A stretch of 64,000 nucleotides of DNA from Octopus bimaculoides (taxonomy: Eukaryota): NCBI RefSeq assembly GCF_001194135.2, contig NC_068997.1, forward strand, positions 11,821,420 to 11,885,419. The letters run 5' to 3'. The notes under the pieces were generated by a model that was given only the letters and a program-made list of their open reading frames with translations, did not search any database and was not told the DNA's origin. Shown piece after piece: positions 13,354 through 26,271 of the stretch; within the stretch, counting starts at the first letter, position 1, and each line of letters starts with the position of its first letter. The position numbers and the translations under genes were made by a program.

Positions 13354-13645
13354 NNNNNNNNNNNNNNNNNNNNNNNNNNNNNNNNNNNNNNNNNNNNNNN
13401 NNNNNNNNNNNNNNNNNNNNNNNNNNNNNNNNNNNNNNNNNNNNNNNNNNNNNNNNNNNNNNNNNNNNNNNNNNNNNNNNNNNNNNNNNNNNNNNNNNNN
13501 NNNNNNNNNNNNNNNNNNNNNNNNNNNNNNNNNNNNNNNNNNNNNNNNNNNNNNNNNNNNNNNNNNNNNNNNNNNNNNNNNNNNNNNNNNNNNNNNNNNN
13601 NNNNNNNNNNNNNNNNNNNNNNNNNNNNNNNNNNNNNNNNNNNNN
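13354..13645. other. Assembly gap (N run); others at 2288-2297, 28881-29319, 33616-33625, 39607-40478, 58034-58083, 61016-61139, 63507-63546
   Basis: N runs, mostly flanked by (TA)n microsatellites. Confidence 1.
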
Positions 13646-13783
13646 TATATACATATATACATATTTATATGCATGTTTGTCAGTATGCATGAATGTTTAT
13701 GTCTATTCTCTGTGTAACTGTATCTGGCGTAGGCAAATCTTTGCACTGCTCAAATATTCACACATACACGCACCCCTGGAACA

Positions 13784-13816
<33 letters not shown>

Positions 13817-14466
13817 CTTCTTTAAATTATTAATGTCTTGCCAACAGATCTCAACTAAGGAAAATGTCAAATTAGTAATTATCTTCTTACTAGATTGATA
13901 AATGAAACCCGAGACGATTTACTGGGCCTGGTAAAATCGATTATATTCCCTTTAGGGGTATGCGCCAATAGGAACCTCCTCCAACATTTTAACCTGTTTA
14001 AGCGTTAACATGAGTGTGCACAGAAGTTCAATGTGTAATTGACTTCACGTGTTACTGCATTAGCGGAAATTATTTTTGTGTGTGAAGAACAATACAAATT
14101 GATATTGTTCAATTTACAGCATTGTCATTTCAAATTATAAGGAAGTTTCATAAAAGCAGAGTTTATTGCCAAAATATTATATTCATTTTCATGATTTACA
14201 ACAAGAGATTTCAGCTACTTTGAGGAGAGATTTGTGAGTGAAGGTGTGTGTTGTCATGTTTACATAAATACATAAATATGCTTACATCTTTTTTGTATGT
14301 ATGTGTGAGTGTGAGGGAGCGAGAGACAGACAGACAGATTGAGTGCCTCCTAGAATCACTCCCTTTTTCTGTCTCCCCCACCACATGCACACATACATGA
14401 AAAAAGATGTATGCATATGTATTTATAACTGTACGTATACATGATTATACACACATTCACCGACTA

Positions 14467-14468
<2 letters not shown>

Positions 14469-14500
<32 letters not shown>

Positions 14501-14543
14501 GCTTTCTCTTTCTCTCTTTCTCTTTCTCTCTCTCTCTTTCTCT

Positions 14544-14585
<42 letters not shown>

Positions 14586-14590
14586 TAAAT
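14469..14590. repeat. (CT)n/(CA)n microsatellite
   Basis: Directly visible. Confidence 0.95.
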
Positions 14591-16298
14591 GTATACAAAC
14601 AGATGAAAAAAACGCACGTGTGCGTGTGTGATAGACTACAATTACAGAGCTGAACTAGGCGCGCAAAAAATAAATAGAAAAACATTTGTTACGGAAATTA
14701 ACGAAGTGTGCGGGTTCAAGCGAAAGAACGCCCTTATTTTGGGGGACAGAGATACAGTGTGTGTTTGAGAGAGAGAAAGAAAGGTTGGGAAGAGAGAACA
14801 ATGCAAACAATGAATCAAATAAATATGAAATGAAAAAATCGTATAAATAAAAGCTCGTTAAAAACTAACGAATATTTACATTTGTGAACTTGAAATATTC
14901 AATAATAAAAGGAAGTTCAAAACCTAAATTTTCATGAAAACTTCAATTTATAAAAAATATCACTTGTTTAGTAAATATTTCTTTCGTTAATTTATCGTAT
15001 TTGTTTGCAAATAGCAAGTGAAAACTTGAATTAAAAATATTAAAATATTGAGTGAGAGGTTTCGCAAATGAAAACCGAAAAATTTCGCCTCCAACGAATC
15101 AATATTCTTTGATAATTCCTACGTCAATACCAGAAGTTGACATCTGTGTTACTTATTTAGTTTCTTGAAAGTTTATTCTGATAAAAAAAAATTAAAGCAA
15201 TCAAAATATGGTTCAATTCGTAGCTGTGACGTAATAAGAAAGATTTTGTTTAAGGGACTGAATTCTCCATCGAATCATAGGAAATAAATGTTGCTTGCAG
15301 TAATGTCTGAAACTATATAATAGATTTATTTAAAGAGACTACTATTTCCTTTTCTCTAAAAAAGGAAAAAGATGTATGAAATATATTTGCAACTCTGTAA
15401 ACTATGTCTGTGTGTGTCTGTGTTGTGTACATATATGAGTGTGTCTCTATGTGTGTGTATACGTATAAGTATGTGTAAGTAAGGGCTAGTTAGACAGATA
15501 GGTAGAATGACAGATAGGCATATGCTTTAAATTGAATATTTCTAAAAATGTAATCCACTAGAAATAATAACTCATCAGTTATTGGAAATCGATTCTCTTT
15601 AACATGCTCACTGTCATGCTTAAAGCTGTTTACAAATGAAAGACTTTTAGCGTTGTGCATATTGAAAATATTTCTAGATATTCCTTTTTGTTTGCATGTT
15701 AACCAACAGCATATTGATAAATACATCGTCAATTATATTTATATGTAGGCATTTATAGACATAGGAAAATATAACAATGGTTGAAATAATTACACTATAG
15801 ACGAATAAAACTTACTGTGTGCATTCGCGTTCTTAGATTTCAATATGATGCATTTTTATATTCAAAACCTTGCATAATTTAATATCATAACTAAATGTCA
15901 GGTTCGAACAGACATTCTACCCTGGCTTTTGTTATGTTAGAAAACATAACACTTTAATAAAATTTTGACGAAGAGTATTGTAACTATACTTCTGCTGTCA
16001 AGTTGTCAAAACAGCAAGACAAACTTTTGCATTTCTCTTAGTTTTTATTTTATTAACCTTTGCTTTCCTTTTTGAAATTACTAAAATTTGACTGACAATT
16101 TAATTTCTTTACTTAGTAAATGGTGCCAGATTGTTTCAGAAAACCAGAGAAATTCGCTCTAAAGCACTGCTAGCATATTCAAAAGTAAATATTTCCTGAA
16201 AGCTACTTTTTTTACACGAATAATGATGACATAGACGAAATGTATTGAAATATAATATGTAAGTGATTACTTTTTTTAATATATTCTTGAATTGTGTA

Positions 16299-16612
16299 GG
16301 GGCGTGGCTTATTGGTTAGGGCGTTCGGTTCACGGTAATCAGGTCGTGAGTTCAATTTCCATCAATGCGTTGTGTCCTTGATCAAGATATTTCATTTTAC
16401 TGTTGCACCAGTCAACTCAACTGGCAAAAAATGAGTAGTACTTGTATTTCAAGCCTCCCCACATTCTATGCCACGCTTAAGTTACCAGTCAACTATGTTA
16501 AGGGTACGAGTATCTTTGGAGTGTTCAACCACTTGCATGTTAATTTCACGAGCAAGCTGTTTCGTTGTTCGGACCAACTGGAACCAGCGTCATCGTAACC
16601 GACGGAGTGTCA
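16299..16612 (+). mobile_element. tRNA-derived SINE, family C, near full length
   Basis: A-box TGGCTTATTGG (16305-16315) and B-box-like GAGTTCAATTTCC. The central TGTGTCCTTGATCAAGA resembles a CORE-type domain. The 3' end GTAACCGACGGAGTG is shared with minus copies at 31069 and 31465. Confidence 0.8.
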
Positions 16613-17444
16613 ATTTTATATTGGATACATAATATAACGAAGCTGTGGGAAAAGAAAGTATATGCATGATGCACTACTATTGTTATTAGAAGAGACTCAA
16701 CGCTCTAAACCAAAGGCTCGCAGTGAATTGCTACCAACCGCTCACAGTTCTTTTTTATAACAATGAGTCAGTCCAACTTTACTCACTTGTGAGGTGGTCG
16801 GAGTCCTTCCAGAACACTTTTAAAGGGTAAGCAGAGACACGTATCAATTTGGCAACAAATCCGGAATTGTACTTCTTTCTAGTAATACTCCACAGAAATA
16901 AACACTATAATAGCTAGTAAGATTCTCATTACCTGCTAGGCTAAATAATTAACAAACCGCACCCTACATCTTAGCGAAGACACATGCAAATTCGGTTTGC
17001 CCAGTTAGGCCACGGTGGTGCAACAGAATAACAATAAATAGCAACAACTGCTAGAAAGCTGAAGTGCATTATTCCCTTTCTAATGAGGGATAATTAGGGA
17101 AATATAGCAAACAACAAAATGGTCTAAAAGTACTCCATACACAAATTTGTTGTTTAAGACATCTAGAACACATGGTGTAAGTAGATTTTGCGTTTGTCGT
17201 CTGTTATAAGTATGTACGTTAATAACTAAATATGTTATGAGCATATGTGTTCAGTTGTTTCGTCCACTCGGCATTGGATCGATTGGTGTGTATTCCACTG
17301 CTTTACGTATCAACACAGAAATGACAGATGTAAATAGACACCCTACTAAATATCATTTCATGTTTGTTTCAACTTTAAAAGGTTTATATATTTTTTATTA
17401 ATTTACATTTTTATGTTTCATGTTCTATGTGTGACTGTTTAATC

Positions 17445-18329
17445 ATGCCACGTACAAAAGAACCCTTGGAACTGTTCGAATTTCAAAGATGCTCTATTGT
17501 GGGTCAATCTAAAATTGTAAAAGAAACCCCGGGATCCCGCTTTCTACAGTTAATAAAGTGATTATGCAATTCACCAGAGACGGAAAGGAGGCCACGTCAC
17601 CTCGCCCACATCGACCAGGAAACCCCTCTTCGACCAGCCAATATAAAGTGGAGAAACAAATGGGCCAGTGAGATAGTAGAGAGTCAACTAGCCTTTTGGG
17701 ACACTCTTATTCTCTCTGATGAGTACAGATATGCTGCATTTTCTGTGTGCTCAAGAATTTGACATGAAAAATTGCCGCCAACAATAAAACACTGCGGCTA
17801 TTCTGCGACGATCTGGGGAGCAATTAGGAGCAATAGTCGATCAGAGCTCGAGGGGTTTGAGGGAAGCATGAACTCAGATAATTATGTGTCTATATTCCAA
17901 TCTTCTCCAGTGGTGTAATGGTCAACGAAGACCCTTTATTTATAGCCCATGATTGGTTGGAAGAAAAATGTATCAAAACAGTTCCATGGCCCAGCCAGTC
18001 ACCAGATATGAACCCTATTGAACAACCCCTGGGGCATAATGGACAGTACACTTCTAAAAAAAAAAGGATCACGAAAACGTCCTCAAAGCCAGATCATTTG
18101 AGTTTACTGAATAAAACTTGGCAAGAAATTTCCCAAGAGAATCTTCGTCAGCTGATCAGTAACATGCCTAATAGGATCCTTGCATTGAAAAGTGCAAAAG
18201 GCATGTCTACTGAATATTAGATATTCCCATTATAACAATCAATAAATAATAATTTGAATGTATAATATCAGATTTAAATAAATTTTAACGATCATAATGG
18301 TATCAACGTATTTATGTCATGGCTGTGTA
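17445..18329 (+). mobile_element. Internally deleted Tc1-family DNA transposon (transposase relic plus right terminus)
   Basis: Starts MPRTKE.., has LILSDEYR (first D) and WPSQSPDMNPIEQ (canonical Tc1 motif), and ends ...MPNRILALKSAKGMSTEY*. The putative right terminus TATTTATGTCATGGCTGTG is followed by TA. The second catalytic D region and the left TIR are not seen. Confidence 0.85.
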
Positions 18330-18395
18330 TAATGCAATTCCCGGATAGAGTCAGCGTATTTCAATTTTCACGTTGAATTATTGATGAAATTCATC

Positions 18396-18552
18396 AGACG
18401 GCTTTCTATACAGTTTCCGTCAATTCAGATCTTCTCCCAATGCTAGGGACCATCCGAGAGAACGGGAAAACGGGCTTGTGCAAGATACAACATAATAGGA
18501 TTGAAATCTGAATGTCACACTCGAAAAATGAACTCCTTAACCCCACATCCAT
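18396..18552 (-). mobile_element. SINE family A 5' half, diverged
   Basis: GACGGCTTTC..CAGTTTCCGTC..AGATC matches the reverse complement of the family A body. Confidence 0.6.
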
Positions 18553-19208
18553 TCTTCAATAAGACAAAATTGTTCGTACAGTTCTGGTATTCAGTTGACA
18601 TTTACGTAGCAATCATTTAGGAGGTAGAAAACTCTTAGTAGTGTATTTTTCTCTCACACGCGTAACACACAGCTACTAAGCTTAATAAGATGTGTGATTG
18701 ATATCAGTGGATATAATAGATGATATTTTCGGTAAAAAATATAATCCTTTCTTAGAAAACTTCATTTCTATTTTTTCTTCAGAATATGTCTAGAACACTT
18801 TCATCTTTCGTGCCAGTAATTCATCCTTTCTGCAAGTAGTAATCAGATTTATGCGATATTCACTTCTAAAGTACCGAGGTCTTTAATCTGATAGTAGCTG
18901 CAACTAATGCAATTTAGTACACTAATACCGTTGAAGCCTATAATTTAAAGAAACCATATGTTCCCACGTCCATTTTCCCCTATATTTTACAATGCGACGG
19001 TCACTAACTTGTTTCTGATAATCTAATCCATCTATTTTTCTTTTGAATACTTCTGCGATGATATTTTTTATCAATGTTTCCAGCTCTTTATTTTATCCAG
19101 AACAAAGAAGAAATATGCTCAAACATGTGTGTACAAATACACACATATACACATTGATATATATTCATGTATCTCTTTTTCTCTCGTTTTATCTCTCTCT
19201 CTCATATT

Positions 19209-19209
<1 letters not shown>

Positions 19210-19295
<86 letters not shown>

Positions 19296-19411
19296 TGTGT
19301 GTGTGTGTGTATCCACAAGTATACACACATATATTTATATATATATACACACACACACATATATATACATATATATTTATATTTATGTATGTACGTATGT
19401 ATATATTCATG

Positions 19412-19451
<40 letters not shown>

Positions 19452-19474
19452 CGTGTGTGTGTGTGTGTGTGTGT
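19210..19474. repeat. Compound (TG)n/(TA)n/(CA)n microsatellites
   Basis: Directly visible. Confidence 0.95.
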
Positions 19475-19544
19475 ACTTGCAGTAAAGGGAATTTCATAAG
19501 TGCGTGTGACTAGAAATAATAATGAACAAGTTAAAAATAATATC
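19475..19544 (+). repeat. 70-bp direct repeat, copy 1 (copy 2 at 20886-20955)
   Basis: Identical ACTTGCAGTAAAGGGAATTTCATAAG...AAAAATAATATC in both copies, each preceded by (GT)n. Confidence 0.9.
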
Positions 19545-19899
19545 ACTAAAATATTGATAATTCACTTATTTTCTATTGATAAAACGTTTCATGAAGTTCC
19601 CAACATTTCTATATCGATAATATTAGATGCGCTTATAATTTTCATTTAGTCAGAGATTGTGTAACTATTAAAATATTAACATACCTTTGCAATTCTGTAT
19701 TACATTCAGTATTAAATATAGAGCATAACAACGGTTTGACCTATATATTGCATCGGAAATAGTGAAACAGGAGACTTTAAAGTCATCCGATGTGTGGATT
19801 TCAGGAGATTGTAAAGAAATCCGATGGGTGGATGTACAGTCACGTCAGAACATGGTTCACGCGAAATTCTGCTTAAAGACTATATGAAATTACATGAAT

Positions 19900-20066
19900 G
19901 GGCGCAGGTGTGGTTGTGTGGTAAGAAGTTGACTTCTCAATCACACGGCTCCGGATTCAGTTTCACTGTGTGGCATCTTTGGCGAGTGTCTTTTGCTATA
20001 GCTAACCAAAGTTACGAGAGTGGATCTGGTAGACGGAATCTGAAAACAGTTCGTCATGTATACATA
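19900..20066 (+). mobile_element. SINE family A 5' half
   Basis: GGCGCAGGTGTGGTTGTGTGGTAAGAAG head, with a body matching 355-545. Confidence 0.8.
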
Positions 20067-20446
20067 TGTTGTGGTGAAATCCTGACACTCCTGTGGGATA
20101 GCAATTGAACTGTCCTAAACCTTATAAAGGTGCATGCATACTGACAGTGTGAAGTAGTATGGTGTGTGCAGTCGTATTTGTGAAGGCAGTCGTATAAGTC
20201 GAGGAGTAGAGATTTAAGTTTGTTACGTGTTTGTTACTGGTTTAGTTTTTGTAGTGTTATAATACTGTTAAAGTGTAGTCTATATCCAAACCCAAGGATA
20301 TTATAGTGACGACGAGACATTCGTAACTCAGTGAGGAAGTTCTTAGCATGCAAGTCCTATTAGCTTCCGTGGTACAGTTGCAACGGAAACTACAACATCA
20401 ACAGCAACAGTTGCAACGGCAACAACAACAACAACAACAAAATTAA
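20067..20446 (+). mobile_element. Gypsy-type LTR plus PBS-like site plus start of gag (truncated)
   Basis: Begins TGTTGTGG and is followed at ~20306 by GTGACGACGAG, resembling the TGGCGACGAG PBS region of Mag-like Gypsy elements. The short ORF at 20348-20446 is MQVLLASVVQLQRKLQHQQQQLQRQQQQQQQN*. Confidence 0.5.
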
Positions 20447-20825
20447 CAGTTCTTGGAATTATTGTTGCAGTTCTTTCTATGAGGAGTGATAGGTGCGTTA
20501 AAGAAGCGTTGAAATTTCATTATGCGAATTTAAGATTATTTTCATTTCAGTACGTGTATGCTTCCGTTTGACGAAGCATTTTAAAGTAGTTGTTTATAAA
20601 AATATTTTATCTCAGGTGCTAAAAATTCCATTTGATACAGGAAAACATACGACAATAGATATCTTCGTACACTGAAATGCCAGCTGAAAATGTATATCAT
20701 CTTACATTGTGTATCAGCTTCAGTTTATTGATACATGGTTTGAAAGAGGTTCATTAAGAGATAACTTACAGTAGGTATATTTTCAGCTTATTTTTAAAAA
20801 ATTATACCATTAGTGTATTTTCATA

Positions 20826-20885
<60 letters not shown>

Positions 20886-20889
<4 letters not shown>

Positions 20890-20955
20890 GCAGTAAAGGG
20901 AATTTCATAAGTGCGTGTGACTAGAAATAATAATGAACAAGTTAAAAATAATATC
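20886..20955 (+). repeat. 70-bp direct repeat, copy 2
   Basis: Identical to 19475-19544. Confidence 0.9.
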
Positions 20956-22632
20956 CGTTTTCGCGTTTTGTTTTGTGTTTTGTTTGTTTTTTGCTGTGGT
21001 GTATATTGTACTCGAGATAAATAAATATTCGAGATAAATGTTATAAGAAATATTTAGAAAATTAACGAGTGACGTCATATGCATTTGATTATAACTTTTT
21101 TGAAATATCATAGGAAGACTGTTAAAATTGTGTTAATTAAAACTACAAAATGATTCTTGGCATCTTGGAAATTATCTCTGGAAATGCGTGGATTGTCAGA
21201 GAACAATTGGAGCAATATTTCTATATTATTGATATAACAATATCAATAATAGTTATTACTATCTTTAAATCTCCCGACCTTTCTTATAACTCAACGTTTA
21301 TTTGTAGGTTTCTCCTTCCAGAGGAAGAGAGAAAGAGGGTGTGTGTGTTGATATATGAGAGACAGAATTAGTGCATATATTGCACTATATATAACTGTGT
21401 ATATAACCCACCTCTGCTCATTGTAATGAATACAGAAGGGTTATATATACATAACGGTCAAGAAAGACTGACAGCGGGAAGACGCGGAGTGAGAATGAGT
21501 TTTAGGAAAGATAGATTTTATTTAGCGCAAGTTGAGATACACTTTCCGTTTTAAAACTGATATTAATCTCATCATTATCTAAAAGTACCACTAATTTAAA
21601 TAATAGTCAAACATCATTGATGTTATGAAAAGCGTATTTCATAATGCCTTTTGTTCCAAAGTATACTTCCAAAGATATATTTCATATAACAGGTAACATA
21701 TTAGTGTCAGCAACTCACCTATTACAACAACATAATATAACATAATCTTTAAACGCATTCCAATTTACCCAGACAAATCTCTCTGTTTAAATATGATGTT
21801 CCGTCTTTCTATATTTGCCTAATTAACCACATACGTAAGACATTCCACCCTTTCATATCTGTCCGAATTAATAACGAAATTGTAATCGGTTTCTTTATAG
21901 AATGTATATATATATACATACACACACAGACATACACATATGTATATATTTATTCATTTATATACGTAAATATGTGTGCATGTGTGTGTGGCATTGGTCG
22001 CACGAATGCTAACGTTTCAAAATGTATATACCTTTAAACGCCAATTGAATGATACAAAGAAATTGCTTAATCTCTTACTCAATTATTCATCCGTATGCTA
22101 AAATTTCAGATCTGTTAATCCGATTTAATCTTATGTAAATTTCTGTAATAACATACAAGTTTCCACTAACACCATGCAATTAGTTTTAATGGCAGAGACT
22201 GATATCAGCACAAAATTAATTTGTTGTGATAAAATCCTTGTTAATTGGTTGATTATTGCAACATACGTATCGGCAGCTAAAGTCTTCCTATAGCGTATAT
22301 AATTCCTATTTAATAATAAAACTTGCTATATATTTTAAATATGACGCCTTGCACAAAGGAAGTGCAAGCATGCATTATGAGATCTAAATAAATGTGCATA
22401 GGCGGTGAATTGTATTTTAGCTACGAAAATGCAGATTAATAAATACCACAAATTACTAAAAATGTGCATTACTTGTCAATGAGCAAATAGCATCCTTGGT
22501 TAAATGCCAATGCTATATATTCACGGAATGAGAAAAGCACTCGAATAATTTGGACTGGTCAGTCTTATTAAGTGTACCTACTCAAATCTGTATTGCGGAC
22601 AGGAGAAGAGATAAGAGCTTACGTTAAACAAC

Positions 22633-22888
22633 TATTGAATTGGTGCATAATTATTGCGGCTTTTTTTTCAACAAATTTTATTCAATGAAAACAATAGCAA
22701 CAAGTAACAAAACCATCTTTAAATGATTATTCCGCAGCATATTCACCATCTACTTCAATTACTGCTTCTCAGTTGTTTGGCAGACGTCCAGACCGTCATT
22801 TCAAGATGTTTCTGTTAAATATTGTTATTGTTTTTGTTCAATGAAATTTGTTGAAGAAAATCCGCAATAATTATCCACCAACTCAATA
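22633..22888. mobile_element. Mariner-derived MITE (~250 bp) with ~60-bp imperfect TIRs and TA target-site duplication
   Basis: Left end TA|TTGAATTGGTGCATAATTATTGCGGCTTTT..TTCAACAAATTT. The reverse complement of the right end is TA|TTGAGTTGGTGGATAATTATTGCGGATTTTCTTCAACAAATTT. The internal minus strand reads GRLPNN*EAVIEVDGEY, like a mariner transposase C-terminus. Confidence 0.85.
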
Positions 22889-23469
22889 CTATGTGTGTAT
22901 CAGTGCGCGTGTGTGCGTGCATGTGTATGTAATGGTTTGTGCATGCATGTGTACGTAATGGATGCGAATATGCTTTATAGTTTGGTATTTCCACGCCAAA
23001 GAAGAGAAAATGCAATATAAATACAAGGCAAACTTTTATCTCTCAGTAAAAATTGTGAGTCACACATGACAAAAAAAAAAATACCAAGAGCTTTCGAAAA
23101 TGAACCGAAGTATTTTCATATACACTCCCAGCTTATGTAGGTCCTGATTTATCGTTAAATAGCGAAATTATCTTCGTAGCTTGAAGTGGGAGATTTTTAC
23201 TCATTATAAAGTTTTTCAATATACAGACGTGTTGAGGTGTTAAGTTTTCCATAGTTTATCACATGAAATGCTCATGGCAGTAGGGTGTGTGCATGTATAT
23301 ATGTATGTATGTATTGTGTATGTATGTATGAATGTATGTATGTATGTGTTTTTATATGAAAGGTTTCTTCATAGTCTATTGTAATCTCTCATAAGACATT
23401 GGTCGCTTAGAAGATGCTTACTTGTCCCAGGTACCGGTCACTAAGACGGAATATAAAATCACTACACCA

Positions 23470-23544
23470 TATGCCCGTGAGGTTAAGAGTGCGGGCTACT
23501 AACCCCAATATTCCGAGTTCGATTCCAGGCATTCACCTGAATAA

Positions 23545-23600
<56 letters not shown>

Positions 23601-23794
23601 GCAACAACAACATCGAAAAATACATTAGGAATGAGACCCCACGTTCGAAGTTTCCCCAAGTCACCTGATGGAGTCTGGAGGGTATATCATCCGCAAAGTA
23701 GTTGTAACAACAAACAAGATAAGGACAAATATCCGTCAATTGTGAATAATGTAAATAATGTACATAATTCCTTATCTCTTAAATATAGAACTGT
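23470..23794 (+). mobile_element. Composite element: tRNA-like head + (TAA)n + Penelope-type 3' module with degenerate hammerhead core
   Basis: Head GAGGTTAAGAGTGCGGGCTACTAACCCC..GAGTTCGATTCC contains a B-box. Segment 23631-23794 is homologous to 58699-58854. Confidence 0.7.
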
Positions 23795-26271
23795 TGAGAA
23801 GGAAACGTCTTCAGAAAACGGTATTTCTGTGCCTATTGTTCACACATACGCCCCAAAATACAAGCACATACACACAAACTCTCTTGTCTGCCTATGACAT
23901 TCAGTTTTTTAATCACCAGTGATACGAGGGAGTCGTTTTCAAAGTGCTACTCCGCAGCGAACCGATGTACAAGCAAAGCACGTAATTGAGTATATGTGAT
24001 GAATAATATATATACAGAGAACTGCACGCGTTGAGCAATAACTTGGAACCTTATTTCGGTGTTGATGATGTTCATATACACAAGGAATAGGTTTGACACC
24101 AAGGATCCTTAAAGCATTTGCTAAGAAATATGTAAGGATGTTATACTTTCTTTTACTAATGTACTCCTTTGATTTTGTAGTAGACTTGTATTTTAAAGCA
24201 AAAGGCATCTTCAATACAATCCTGCTTTGGAATCATTCTGCAGTTTCTTTTGTATGAAGTTCCTCCTATTTTCGCTCAAACGCAATTTGAGCTTCACTAC
24301 TTCTTGAAATTATATTTTAAAAAAACTCTTAGGAAAATGTATTGTTTTAGTTTCCCTATTATATACAAATTGTAAGGACGAAACTTTGAAAACCTTTGTA
24401 GAAAATAAATTATGTATTCCATGCAAATCAATAAATCACATAGCATAGGGAGTATTTTTCTTATATATTCACCTATAACAATTACCGGATAATTTCACCG
24501 AATCTCTAAATTGTTTATCCCTAAGTACAGAAAAATGCAAATAGCCAAACAATATTCGGGTTCCTTCTAAACTTTGTGGTAATTACCCTTATTAAATTAG
24601 GTCGTAATTCACATTTTAGCTATTGATTATTCATGAGTGCCATTGAAAATAAATACACTTAAATACATTGCGACAAGTCTGCTTTTATTTTTATTTTTAC
24701 TATGTTACGTTCAATAACAGGAAAAGAATTACAAATTTGGCACTTTGCATTCAACCTTTCGATAAATTGCTTAACTGTGTGTCATTATACAAAGAAAAGA
24801 ACCTGATGTAAAATGAACTCCGATTGATTTATTGCGATACACTTAGCTATAAAAGGCATACTATACTCGTTTTAGAATTTGCCAATGCTGTTATTTAATA
24901 GATAATCATCTTAGATGCAGTAGGAATTTCATTGACTCAATTAAATACTTAACGAACAGTCAACATTTTCTGCAAAAGACGGACTCTTTGTTAATTTAGG
25001 GCAAGTTAAGAGGTACAGTTGATTGAGTAACTATTAGAACCTTGCTTTATACATTTAATTGTTACACTAAGTGTGGAAACTTGTTTAATATGACCGGTAT
25101 CATTCAGATAATTGTAAATAAGTTACACAGCTTATTAAATCCGTCACTGCACTACTTTCTCCTACTTATCACGGCGCTAATCACAATCTAGTAAGTACAC
25201 ATTTTGAAGAATTTATTATTTTATCACACACTTGAATTCGGTCGACGTGTATTTCAAGTTTGGTTGATATGGGAGTTAACAGGTTTTCTGCTCGCTCTTC
25301 AGTACTGTCGTTGATTTATATATAGTAAGTTGTAAGTAATCACCCGAGAATTCATTCATTTACTATGTGAGTTAATGAAGTAGAATTGTAATGCTCCTAG
25401 GTATCAAACGTATGAACGCATGGAAGCACGAAACGTCAAACCTTCGTTAGACGTATACGTTTAAAAATACAAATAAATAAATATCTGAAGATATTTTAGT
25501 GAAAACATTTTTGCCAGCTCTGTTATGTAGCACCCTTGGCAACATAAAATTATAAATGAGTTTTAAGTTAGCAATATAGTTGTATATGTTTGCGGGATAG
25601 CATACAGCAGATGTAATCCATTCCCAAAAATAGTTTTGCATTCATTTCATTGACCATGAAAGTTAGTTTAGGTTCAAAAGCGAAGTATAACTTCGTCATA
25701 TTTAGATATAGAAAGCAAACGCATGCAGGTCATAACACGTTTATTCTGTATGATTATTAATTGTAATGTAAATGCTTCCAAGTGGAAATCCTTTGGAATC
25801 AAGTGAGTTTGAAAAACAAAACAGTATAAAATACCACATGTTCTTACAACACTGGAATATTTATAATTTTGTACTGATTTCATATATATTCAATAAAATT
25901 TGCTACAGGTGGAAATGGCTAACTGATGTTTCTTTACATATTATTCAGAGTAGGTTTATAATGTATAAAATGTTACAAATAAACAATTCCTTAATATGAT
26001 CTGCACGCTTCATATTGTTATGTATGCCCAGTGGTCCTTGAATCAGAGATTCTTAACAAGAAATCTCACCAGAATATTACAAACTTTCATCAAAGATATC
26101 TTATACACGGAGAGTTTCTAAATATACTTACATTCTGCCATATTAATGTGCATTTTCCCTAGGCCTTCTCTATCTCTGTATTTGTGTCTCTACCTCTCTT
26201 TCTCTCTCTCACTCTCTCTCAGACACAAACACACACATTTATGCATATATATATATATATATATATATGTA

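Noticed and set aside
23470-23535. Possible tRNA-Ser gene
   Set aside because: It has no acceptor-stem pairing or serine variable arm and runs into (TAA)n, so it is interpreted as a SINE head.
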